From contig OX597831.1 of NCBI GenBank assembly GCA_951406725.2, positions 868,001 to 932,000 on the forward strand: a stretch of 64,000 nt of DNA, given 5' to 3'. The position numbers and the translations under genes are program-made. Shown here piece by piece: positions 52,286-64,000 of this stretch (positions are counted from its first letter, which is position 1; each line of letters opens with the position of its first letter). Origin of the DNA: Octopus vulgaris (lineage: Eukaryota). A model generated the notes under the pieces. It ran no database searches, had not been told where the DNA came from, and was given only the letters and a program-made list of their open reading frames with translations.

Positions 52286-52458
52286 ATCCAAAATTAGGGA
52301 ATGGAGTCAATAAAATCCAGGCTACATATGTTTCATAGCTAACAGAATGAGTAGCTAACGGATTGCCCCTCATTTGGGTAATTACTACTTCCAAGGTTCT
52401 GCTTGCTATGAAACATATGTAGCCTAGATTTTATCTACTCCATTTCCTAATTTGGGAT
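52286..52458. repeat. Imperfect inverted repeat with ~62-bp arms
   Basis: ataaaatccaggctacatatgtttcatagc / gctatgaaacatatgtagcctagattttat. Confidence 0.8.
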
Positions 52459-52469
52459 ATATATATATA

Positions 52470-53262
52470 TATCAGTGCCATGTAAATTGGTACCCGGGAA
52501 TCGTGGTTGTTGGCAGTGCCATATAAATGGCACCCATGAGTTGTGCATCATAGTCATGGTTGTTACCAATGCCATGTAAATGGAACCCACCTGTGAATTG
52601 CAGTCATGGTCATTGCCGGTGTCATGTAAATGGCACCCACCCATGAATTGTAGTTGTAGACATTGATGGTACCATGTAGATGGTACCTGCCCATGAATTG
52701 TAGTTGTGGTCATTGCCGATGACACGTAAATGGCACCAGTGCTGGCTGCACGTAAAAGCATCAATTATACTCCTGGAGTGGTTGGTGTTAGGAAGGGTAT
52801 CCAACTGTAGAAACCATGCCAAACCAGACTGGAACCTGGTGCAACCCTGTGGCTCATCAGCTCCTTTCAAACTGTCTAACACATGTCAGCACGAAGAGTT
52901 AATGATGATGATGTGATGATGACATATATATATATATATATATATATATGGCCCCTGTGCCGGTGGCACGTAAAAAGCACCATCCGATTGTGGCCATTGC
53001 CAGCCTGGCCTGGCCCCTGTGCCAGTGGCACGTAAAAAGCACCATCCGTCCGTGGCCGTTTGCCAGCTCCGTCTGGCACCTGTGCGGGTGGCACGTAAAA
53101 AGCACCCACTACACTCACGGAGTGGTTGGCGTTAGGAAGGGCATCCAGCCGTAGAAACACTCCCAGATCCGACTGGGCCTGATGCAGCCTTCTGGCTTCA
53201 CAGACCCCAGTTGAACCGTCCAACCCATGCTAGCATGGAAAGCGGACGCTAAATGATGATGA
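52470..53262 (+). mobile_element. Two family D retroposons preceded by ~40-bp subrepeats (tggcacgtaaaaagcacc / gccatgtaaatggcacc)
   Basis: Old copy ~52470-52920 and young copy ~52950-53262, both ending in (ATG)n. Confidence 0.75.
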
Positions 53263-53277
53263 TGATGATAATGATGA

Positions 53278-53311
<34 letters not shown>

Positions 53312-54664
53312 TTGTATCACTTTATCAACCAGACTATCAGGTGTTAGTATACACTGCCGGTCACAATGTGTTTCCATGCCACATGCCTGTCAGGTGGGTA
53401 GGCCAACATTATCCCCAAACAGAACACAAGTCTGGTGGAGAGTTACCCAGTCACAGCTAAGTGGACTGGAGTTTAAGAATACAATACACTGTCAGTCAGG
53501 GAATTGGAACTATAATCTTGCAATTGTGAGTACAACTCCCTGACCCCAAAGCCATGTGCCTTCGTACACATTCATTCACATTCTCTCTCACACATACACA
53601 GAATATATATCTGCTAATTCCTTTACCATATGGCCTCACAGGGTAAAAACAGGATTTTTTAATGCCAAAACCTGAAGAAGACTTTGCAAAAACTAAGATA
53701 ATGTTCTTGAGAAAGTTATAATCACCACTCAGAATACAGTCAGTAATGTTCTTCCCAACCAGCAAGATATTTATTACAAACATCTACACACACCCCCATA
53801 CTCTATACATCACTGGTGATTTAGTATTCCTCATGTCAGACCATTAAATCCTCTGTATTCAGAACTAACATTTCTATTGCTAAAAGCAAAAAACTGGAAG
53901 ATTTAGAGACAATCTTTGCCTTTGTATTGTATACATCTTGTATGAACAAAACAATCAGAAAGTGGCTAAGATCAAACATATAATACTTAACACTAGATTC
54001 TGTTCATATTTTTATATTTTTGCTTTACCATTAATCCGAGTTATCTGTTTTATCTTCTGTATTTTTAACTTCTCTCCTTTATCAAGCCATATTCCAATAT
54101 ATCTATTATCATGTTACTGCACATGGTAATAAAAGAAAAATTCTATTCTTTTTTTATTGGAAATGAAATATAAATAGTTATGTAGTGAATTTTGGATACC
54201 ATAACAATGCTTAGATTCACTCTCCACTGTTACAGGCATCTGTACTCCCACCACGCCACCAACAAACCTGAATAGTAATTGTTTGTTTCTAACATAGATA
54301 TTAAGCCTGAAATTTCGAGGAAGGGCTAATCAATTAAATTGACAACAGCACTTGAATGATACTTTATGTTATCAGCCCTGGAAAAATAAAAGGCAAAGTT
54401 GACCATCGCAAGATTTGAACTCAGAACACTAAGAGCCAGAACAAATGCTGCAAAACATTTTGCCTTATGTGCTAATAACTCACTCAACCACCCACCCCAA
54501 ATTTTAGCACAAGGCCAGTGATTTTAAGTGTGGGGGTTAGTTGATTATATCAACTCCAGTAATTACTGGTATGTTATTTTATCAACATGGAAGGGATCAA
54601 GAAAATATGCAAAACATTTTGTCTGATGCACTAAAGATTTGGCCAGCACATCACATTTTGAATA

Positions 54665-54699
<35 letters not shown>

Positions 54700-56026
54700 A
54701 ATCCCCTGGGATTTCCCAATCCAAATAGATCAGGTGCTAGAGCATAACAGACTTAGTGGTGGTTGACAAGATGGCTTTTTATGTTCTGAATTCAAATCCT
54801 GGCAAGGTCAACTGTACTTTTTATCCTCTCACAGTCAATAAAATAATGCATCGGTCAAGTACTGGGGCTGGTGGCACCAACTAAGCCTGTGTTCTCAAAA
54901 TTATGGGTCTTGTGCCTAAATCAGAAACCACATACTAGAGATAGTACAAAAGTTAGGACACAAGATCAAATTACAATAGTTATACACCTGTAATTGACCA
55001 GTTGAATGTAATACTGATTAATCTAGTTCAGCAGTTATTATTGTGGTTTAACTCTAGAACAACCCTAATCAAGAACCAGATATATTAAGGGCAATGTAAA
55101 GAAACCAAAAATCTGCATAAATATTTTTAAAACATTTACTATAGAGACTGGTATGCTCCTTAATAACAATAATAAGAATAATAATAATAGGTTATTTTTG
55201 TCAGATACTGTGAGATTTGAAACCAGATTCTTTGTCATCATTAATTGTGAACTCAACTGAGGAATTATATTTCTGACTGTCTGAAATGCTTGCAAATGTT
55301 TAAGGCTTTTATTAAAAATTCTACAGCAAAAGATCATTTTGATTATTTGATATTGCTTGTTGTTTCAACAAGAGTGGGTTGATTATCTTTTCATTGTCAG
55401 AATTCATAAAGATGAAGAAGAAATACACATATGTATGAATAGAAAGAGGGGGAGAGGAGAGAGAGTGAGAGAGAGAGAGAGAGAGAGAAAGGGAGAGAGA
55501 GAGAGAGGGGGGATTGGAAAGAAAAAGAGAAACTAAACAAACTTCCAAAGGGAGAGGAACTCATAGCAGCAATGTTATAATGCTTTGTCACACATATTTC
55601 AACAAGAGGATGACAAAAAAAGAAAAGTAAAAGTAAAGTAATAAATAATTAAAGATGCAAAAACAAAAACAAAACAATCACAGATATGAAAATACAAAAC
55701 AAGCTGGAAATGACACAAAGAGACAAAGCGACATTACTAGAATGAAAGAATGGAAGAGAAAGACACAGAGTTTTGTGGGAAGGATTTTCAAAAGAATTAT
55801 TGATTTTTCGTGTGAAATATTTCATTGAGAATGACTGGCAATCACTTAAAATGATTAGATTAATGAAATTGTGACCAGAAAAGATTGGATGTTAATTAGA
55901 TTTCTTTGAAGTAAAAATAACAATGGCCAAGAAGAGTTTCACAAGGAAACTTTGACATGACGAAAGACCTAAAGCAGAAGTTGAGGAGATGAAGACTTCT
56001 TGGAAAGAAATCAATGACTTAAATAA

Positions 56027-56110
<84 letters not shown>

Positions 56111-56337
56111 TGATAATATTAAACAGGCTATTATTGTTGTTGTTGTTACAGCTGTTACTGTAGTTGTTATTATTGTATTACACCTGGGGAAGGGAGAAGA
56201 CAGAGCAGTTCTTACTTAATAGATAAAATAGATAGATAACACGGCAAACTATGTTGAGTGGAATTATGAAATATCTGATATGTTAGAGTTATTAACACAA
56301 TATCCATCTATATTCATTTTCACTAATAATAATGACG

Positions 56338-56404
<67 letters not shown>

Positions 56405-56416
56405 TAATAATAATAA

Positions 56417-56665
56417 AGCAGAAGGTGACACTGAGAATAATAAGTATAAGATCTTATGGCATTTTAATATTGACTGTAACTCAGTGATTGATGCTCGGAG
56501 ACTAGGCATTGTTGTAGTGGATAAAAGGAAGAAGGAAACCAAGACTATAGGTATTGCCATACCTGGAGGTGCATGAGTGGGAGACAAAGTTCTAGAAAAG
56601 ACTGAAAAATGCAAGCAACTAAAAGATGAAATTGCATGAATGTGGGCAATGAAGAAAGTAACATG
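56417..56665 (+). pseudogene. R4/Dong-type non-LTR retrotransposon fragment (restriction-like endonuclease domain)
   Basis: ENNKYKILWHFNIDCNSVIDARRLGIVVVDKRKKETKTIGIAIPG..*VGDKVLEKTEK..QLKDEIA*MW is a decayed RRPD..IDIAIP..EK.KY motif; starts directly after (AAT)n. Confidence 0.8.
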
Positions 56666-56746
56666 ATGCTGTCTGCTCTCACAGAATTAACCAGAGTAAG
56701 TAAGATTGAGAGCACTGACAAATAAAATATAATGATGATGATGATG

Positions 56747-56804
<58 letters not shown>

Positions 56805-56805
<1 letters not shown>

Positions 56806-57996
56806 CTTTTCTACTTTAGGCTCAAGACCTGAAATTTTGGGGGAGGGGCCAGTCAATTTGATTTACTCCAGTACGCAACTGGTACTTAATTTATTGATCC
56901 CAAAAGGATGAAAGGCAACGTTGACCTCAGTGAAATTTGAACTCAGAACATAAAGACAGACAAAATATTGCTAAGCTCAGAAAATATAAAGACTTGCTAA
57001 TCAAAATCGAAAAGATGTGGCACCTCAAGATGGTTACAATTCCAATGATTGTAGCACTTGGAATGATCAAAAAAAGGAATTGAAAATCATTTAAGAATGA
57101 TTCCTGGCTTACCATCCATGCAGGAAGTGAAAAAGATTGTCTTAACTGGTACAGCACATGTATTGAGAAGAGCATCATTGTTGTGAATTTTCTTTCCTTT
57201 TCCCCCCTTTATTTGTTTACTTTTCTATTTTTTATTTTTTCCTTTTCCTTACTGTCTTCCCCCTTTTTCTCTATTACATGACTCTGTAAATGAACAATCT
57301 GGTGTGTTTGTTTTAATGGCCTACCAATGTATACAGTACGTTTCTCTGCCCTAGGTGTCAAGAAGACACTCGGCAAGAAATAGAAACAGAATTGAAAGAA
57401 AATGCTAAGGAAAATAACAACAACAATAATAGTTTCTATTTAAGGCACAAAACCAGCAATTTCAATGGCAAGGAGCTAGTTGATCCCACCAACCCAAGTA
57501 TCTGATGAAAAGCAAAGTGATTTTAGTGAGACTTGAACATAGGACATAAAGAGTTTGAAGAAATTTTGTAAGGCGTTTTATCTGATATTCCGACAATTCT
57601 GCCAATCAATTAATCAATCAATCAATCAATCAACAATAATCATTTCTTCTATAGGCATGAGGTCTGAAATTTAAGAAGAGGGAGTAAGTAGATTACATCA
57701 GCCTCAGTGCCCAACTGGTGTTTATTTCATCAACCCTGAAGGGATGAAAGCAAAGTTGACCGAGGTGGATTTTGAACTTTGAATGTAGAGCTGGAAGAAG
57801 TACTACTAAGTATTTTGTTTAGTGTGCTAACAATTCAGCCAGCTAGCCATCTTACTAATGGTTTCAAATTTTGGCACAAGGCCAGCAATTTCAGGATATG
57901 GGTAAGTTGATTACAGCAACCCTTGAATTCAACTAGTACCTATTTAATTGACCCCAAAAGGATGAAAAGTAAAGTTGACCTCAGTGGAATAATAAC

Positions 57997-58038
<42 letters not shown>

Positions 58039-58460
58039 CCTTTCTACTTTAGGTACAAGGCCTAATAATAATGATAATAATAAGTTCTGTTATGTGCACA
58101 AGGTGAGAAATTTGGCATGTAGGGAACAGTATATTTGGTGCACCCCAGTAGTTGACTGGGGCTTTATTTTATCAAACTCAGAAGGATGAAAGGTAAATTT
58201 GATTCCAACAGTGTTTGAATTCAGTGCCAAAAAAAAAAAAAAAAAAAGTCAGGACAATTTTGTCAATCCCCCATACTAGCAACAACAACAATGATTATTT
58301 CTGATACATCTGATTAAATTAACTCCAGCACTTGACTGGGGTTTTATTCTACTGATTCCAGAAGGATGAAGGGCAAAGTTGAACTTGGCAGTATTTGAAC
58401 TGAGAACTTCAAGACATGTAACTAAACACTGCATGCATTTAATCAAGCACTCTATGGATT
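56805..58460 (-). mobile_element. Cluster of at least five SINE family B copies among (AAT)n tracts
   Basis: Repeated aggatgaaagg/caaagttgacc/tttgaact motifs. Confidence 0.75.
56975..57430 (+). pseudogene. Second R4/Dong-type 3' end with 3' UTR
   Basis: KYKDLLIKIEKMWHLKMVTIPMIVALG...QEVKKIVLTGTAHVLRRA; 3' UTR ends in an aat/aac tract. Confidence 0.75.
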
Positions 58461-59593
58461 CAATTCTTCCATCCACCACTTTCCTCCCTCCCTCCCTTCC
58501 TTCCATGCTGTTACTACTGCTGCTTCTACCCCCTCTCCCAACATGGCCACCACCACCTCCACCGCCGCCACCATGACCACCACCATCACCGCCGCCATCA
58601 CCACCACCATCATCATTCTCATCAATAGCTGAGAATGCTATCATCCACAGATGTTGTTTATAATCACTAAATACATTCTGCTCTTTAATATAATTATCTA
58701 ATGTCACTGCTATCAACACAATCATCAAACAAACATCATCGTTGTCATCACCACCACCAGTGTCATCACCAGCTTCCTTGCCAAACTTCCCTGCTGCCAC
58801 CACTACCACCACCACTTTTGCAGCAACCGTAACCATTAATATTACAACCACCACAATCCTCATCAATGCTGCTACCACTACCACCACCAACACCACCACT
58901 AGTAGCAGCAGTACCACCACCACCACTGCCACCACCACCACCACCACCACCACCACCACCACCACCACCACCACCACCACCACTGCCACCACAACCACCA
59001 CCACCGCCACCACCACCACTGCTGCCACTGGTACACTCCTCCCATCAACATTGCTGTTACCATGGCAGTACACAAACTTCATCATAAAACTTCTTCCTTA
59101 TCCAATTTGATATTCCGATATATAACATAGCATTCTCCAGGAATCAACAAGGCAGCCTCTATGTTCTCAGTCAAAATACAAAAAAAATAACAGCCAGTCA
59201 GATATTCTTTCAATTATATCCAACTGTCTTATTAAAAAAAAAAAAAAAAAAAAAAGCGGACAAAAGATGAGATGGCCATTGTTGAATTACCATTGATCAT
59301 AAGCCTACACAATCACGGGCCGACAAGTAGCTAAACAACAACACCCCACCTCTGCCATAAACAAACAAGAAATCCTCTATATCCATAAGGGGTAACATGT
59401 GGCCCACAGGGTTTACTGACGGGCACACCTAATGAAAAATTACCTTGAATTCTTGTAATAGTGTGACAAACCTGATAATGAGCCATGCATGTCTCATGCA
59501 GCCCACTTTTTGAAAAAGGTGCCCCATGCCTATATAGGCACTCAATGGCTAGAGATAGCAGTCAAATCTTCCAATTAAAGCCAAAAGTTTTAA

Positions 59594-59793
59594 TCCTTTA
59601 GTATTTAAATTGGCAATATATGGCCCTAAATTCTTCCTGTTTTATGTTTAAATCAGCTAGATCTGGCCCCTCACACCAACCCTACAATGTCATTCTAAAA
59701 TTAAGCAATCACATCATCGAAATAATCAAAGCTACAAGATAAAGCATGATAAATACGCATTACATTTGACAGAATAACCTGAATTCTAAAGGG
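59594..59793. mobile_element. piggyBac-like MITE, 200 bp
   Basis: ttaa|tcctttagtattta ... gaattctaaaggg|ttaa; inverse homolog of 14538-15222 without the nested inserts. Confidence 0.7.
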
Positions 59794-60275
59794 TTAAAAG
59801 AAAGGAAGAGCATATTTGCATAATGTGGCCCTGGTTGTACAGTGCATAGGGACAAAACTAGAGGGGTCATGGTTGGAAGGGCTCTGATTACAGGTCTGCT
59901 CCATTATGGCTGATATAGGCTAAATAACAACATTAACAACATTGTGATTGCCTTTTGATGGTGAAGTCAGAGTTGGGGCAGATTTCATGAAATCAATGAA
60001 TAAATCAATAAAGGTATGGGGTGGGGGTGAGTGGGCCACCAAAGAGATTAGTTGGGTGGGTGAGTGATGAAGAGAAAAGAGGAGGAAAGATTGACAGTGG
60101 GGAAGAGAGGGAGCAAGAAATGACAGCACATACAAAAAAGGAAACTCAAAGTGAAATGAAAGTAACAGAAAGCTAAGAGCATGGGTGGGAGGAAGGATGA
60201 AGTGAAGAAGGAAGATAAGCTTCAGTAGCAGCAGCTGTGGTGGTAGTGGTGGAGGTAGTAGTAGTAGTAGTAGTG

Positions 60276-60322
<47 letters not shown>

Positions 60323-61345
60323 TTTTCAGAGTCTCAAGAGTGAAGAAGTTTGTGAAGTGTTTGTCACTGGCATCGTCGTTGTCGGCATCGTCATCATCCT
60401 CGTCATCCCCATCATCATCATCATCATCATCATCATCACCATCACCATCATCACCATTGTTTCTGATGTTACCAAAACAAGAAGAAAGGATGATTTCAAA
60501 AATGACATCTTTACATCTGTGAACCGAATAAAACAAGCTTTGAGATGGAGCTAACATAGTTGTAGTATATATTAATGGCAACTTATTGATTTGTGGTTGG
60601 TATAAGTTAGTCATTGTCTGAAGATATATATATATATACACACACACAGAGTAACTATATATATATCTAAAGTATGTATATATAATGTATATATATATGT
60701 ATATGTTTATATATATGTGTGTGTGTGTGTATATATATATCTATATATATATATACACATATATACACATTAAGTATAACTGTATACATATAAATCGTAT
60801 ATTATATTATATCATATTATATAATATCATATCATATCATATTATATTATATATATAGCTCATTGGATCCTGTTGAACTATCTAACACATGCTAGAATGG
60901 AAGAAAGAAGCTAAATGATGATGATTATGATGATGATTATGATGATGATGATATAGATAAAGTGTGTATATAAAAAATTCCATTACAAAATGTTGACACA
61001 CTCAGTTATTAAGGTTCTAAATACTGGACTTTGTACCTTTGACCTTTACATTGCCAGAGCAAAGGATTAAATCCAATAAGACGAAAAACAGCTAAATACA
61101 AACATATCCAGGGCCTACCTAACAAAGGGACACACTTGCTTACAAAGCTCTACATACATGAATGAATTCTAAACAATAACATAACCCCAAATTTAATCAA
61201 TGAAAATTTCCCCAAAACACCTAGTCATAACAATCCACCCTAAAACCTAATTACCACCCCACTCAACCCTACACACCTAAGGAAGACTTTAATCCAACAG
61301 AAACTATATAAAGCCAAGATAAACTCTCAGGCACTTCAGTTCATC

Positions 61346-61959
61346 ATTGGTGTTACAAGGGGTTTTGTTGGTCTCTTGCTCAACTACACCCCCACATAAT
61401 AATCAAGGGGGTTGCAGTCTGGGGAGTTAGGTGGCCAAATGTTAGGGGTGATATGGTTGCAGAAATTGTCTGACAGTCATGACTGGGTTCTCCTGCTTAT
61501 GTGGCATAGTGCAGAGTCCTGTTGCTAGACATAGGGTTTTCCAGCAGCCACTCTCTTGACTCATGGAAGCATTACCTCCTCCAGGCACTTGATGTAGGAC
61601 TCCGTGTTGAGTCTAAGGCCATGTGGGAAAATGAATGGAGGCATAATGTCACAATCATTAGTGATCACTCCAGACACCATAACTACATGTTTGATATTTA
61701 TCAGTCTTGATACATGTCCTCAGATTGACATGTAAACACTTTGAAATATTCATATCGGAAGTTCCAGTATGAATGCCAAGCAGTACAGCATGTCATTTCC
61801 AAATTTCTGGCAGTGTGAATTCCGTCATGGTACTGTTTTTCTCACAGACAGTGCCCAACTGACCTTACTATACTGTGTAGTAGCCAAAATCAAAAACAAG
61901 CAATGTGCATGCACGAAATTAAAAATATAAAATGGTGACAATTTACCCATCGCACCCTG
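61346..61959 (-). mobile_element. Second, truncated copy of the Tc1/mariner element
   Basis: Aligns to ~41035-41670; WPPNSPDCNPLDYYVWGVVE on the minus strand; right TIR gcaccctg|ta. Confidence 0.88.
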
Positions 61960-62217
61960 TATATATGTACATAGAAACATAAAAATATGCATACATATAT
62001 TTAAAACTATATACAACATCGATATTCTGTTTTCCTCTTAAATGAAATAAAATCCTGTCTGTTAGGCCAAAAAAATATATGTATGTATCTATCTATCTAT
62101 CTGCCTATTTGTCCGACCGTCCGTCCGTCCATCCATCTATCTCTCTCTCTCTCTCTCTTCCCCCCCTCTCTCTCTCTATATATATATATTAATGTTTGCT
62201 TTTATGTTGAGTTATAA

Positions 62218-62430
62218 TGGTTTCAAATTTTGGTGCTGAGTCAGCAGTTTTTGAGGGGAGTGGGGAAGTTGATTACATCGATCCCGGTACTTGACTGGTA
62301 CTTGTTTTACCAACCCCGAAAGGATGAAAGGCAAATTTGAGCTTGGTAGAATTTGAACTCAGAATATAAAGATAGCTGTAATACTGCTAAGCATTAAGTC
62401 TGGCGTGCTAACAATTCCGTCAGCTTACTG
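62218..62430 (-). mobile_element. SINE family B
   Basis: ccccgaaaggatgaaaggcaaa...atttgaactcagaa. Confidence 0.8.
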
Positions 62431-63031
62431 ACTTATGTCAAATTTAAAATAACATGTTTATTATTCTTTAAGAAGAAGATTGTTGATAGTGACTTTGAAG
62501 TCATTGTCAATTCTGTTCTTGTAAGAAATGATAAATATATGTGTACACACACACATGTGCATGCAGGTATATGCTGCTGCACTGATCAATAGCTAAAGCA
62601 GAAACAGTTTATTCTAAATATCTTCCAAACAGCTTTCATACAGAAAGGCAATTTCAACACCCAGTGGCAAGAGCATGATTTGAAGTAGCAAGGAGGTTTG
62701 AAGATGGAAGCTGAAAATGAACAACATGACAACGTTATGGAAGGAAGATTTAATTATCAGAATACAAGGAGTCATGATTTATAACTTTCACTTCTGGAAG
62801 CTGGATAAAAGCACTAGTTACAACTCATGAGCAACGCACAGCTAACACCATCATACTTTACAACTTCATATAAATTTCAAGCCATGCCATTCTTGATGGT
62901 ACTTCATGGTCATTACACATACATTTCAAAGCCAAGATTCCAACATAAACTTTGATTTGCCTTTATAGTAGTAGAAAATCATTTGATCCTGAACCATTGC
63001 TGATCCTGTATATAGCATGAGTACTCGTTAA

Positions 63032-63561
63032 TCCTTTTTGATACCAACCCACTTAAGACCACCAATAGTTCTATGATACAAATTTACTGTCTGACACCTG
63101 TGCAGGTGGCACGTAAAAAGCACCCACTACACTCACGGAGTGGTTGGCATTAGGAAGGGCATCCAGCCATAGAAACATTGCCAGATCAGACTGGGCCTGG
63201 TGCAGCCTTCTGGCTTCCCAGACCCCATTTGAACTGTCCAACCCATGCTAGCATGGAAAGCGGATGCTAAATGATGATGATTTCTGTTAGCATATGCTGC
63301 TTTTGTTTTTTAGAAATAGATATTTTTAAAAAATTATGAATTTAGTAAAATAACCTTCTAATTAGTAAGCTGGGGTCTGGAACAATTTAGCATAAAATTT
63401 TGATGGAAATTTCGAAACAGTAAGTTTATGTCATAGATCCTAGGGTGTTCCCAGGTGTATTGGTAACAATAGGGATAAAAATAACAAAATATTTTACTAA
63501 ATTCTTCATTGTTTTCAAAATTAAGGCAAAGCATTTCCACAGGAATATGGCAGCAAAAGGG
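63032..63561. mobile_element. piggyBac-like TTAA-flanked element with a nested family D retroposon (63093-63280)
   Basis: ttaa|tcctttttgatacca ... gcaaaaggg|ttaa. Confidence 0.6.
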
Positions 63562-64000
63562 TTAAAGTGGACCATGAATACTATTCAACTACTCAAGCAT
63601 TTAGAACTATATTTACCAAATAAATACAACTACTTGTCCATCATTGTATCTCCACCCCTCTCTCTCTCTCTCTTTGTTTTTCTTTCCCCTGCCTCCAAGG
63701 GGTATACCAGTCACTGCTCTTCTAAACTTACTGACTGCTTACTGCCACTGATAAAATCAGCTTGATTGGCATTTCCACTAATCACCATGCTAAATCTTTC
63801 CTCTCTAGAACATCATCCTTTGTAACCCCACCACCTCAACCTTCCTACACCATCGACATTTTCCCTGCAGGTGTTGGCTTACAGATACTCAAACTGAACA
63901 TAAGCCACATCAATATCATCAGTCTCAGAGGGACAGTAAATGTCATAGATACTGCCAAACTGAACATAAATTGTACTGATCTCACCCAGTCTCAGAGGGC

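Noticed and set aside
58276-59110. Longest ORFs (269 aa minus, 122 aa plus)
   Set aside because: Made of (ACC)n/(GGT)n repeats plus a SINE B; stop-free by composition only.
62600-63015. Possible RTE RT remnant (FAFIVVE..FD-like)
   Set aside because: Too decayed to delimit or support by eye.
801-63765. Most ORFs in the six-frame track (poly-HT/CV/YI/I/N/L/T peptides)
   Set aside because: Translations of (CA)n, (TA)n, (AAT)n and (ACC)n microsatellites or SINE bodies; no splice signals or domain-like content.

Overview
AT-rich, microsatellite-dense eukaryotic DNA. The repeat families suggest an octopus (coleoid cephalopod) genome; this is inference from recalled repeat sequences. Most of the window is intron of one minus-strand gene. 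Only two coding exons are supportable: 47479-47680 (202 nt, phase 0-1) and 26010-26162 (153 nt, phase 1-1). They splice in frame to a Q/S/T/P-rich transcription-factor-like peptide, tentatively class VI POU (POU6F/pdm3-like). The rest is tRNA-derived SINEs, hAT, piggyBac and Tc1-mariner non-autonomous elements, RTE and R4/Dong LINE fragments, a Helitron-like element and simple repeats. Almost all ORFs in the track are microsatellite translations. Main observations: (1) a perfect 112-bp inverted copy of the 3' part of the 153-nt exon plus its 5' splice site sits 3 kb upstream in the preceding intron, a candidate ADAR editing-complementary or splice-masking duplex; (2) several hammerhead-ribozyme motifs lie in short Penelope/retrozyme-like elements, including a near-complete one at 51952-51999 and a tandem unit at 17186-17535; (3) a 279-bp TG..CA element with a 5-bp TSD carries three tandem tRNA-Ser primer-binding-site units; (4) short templated inverted duplications recur across the window. 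All coordinates were read by eye and repeat boundaries are approximate.
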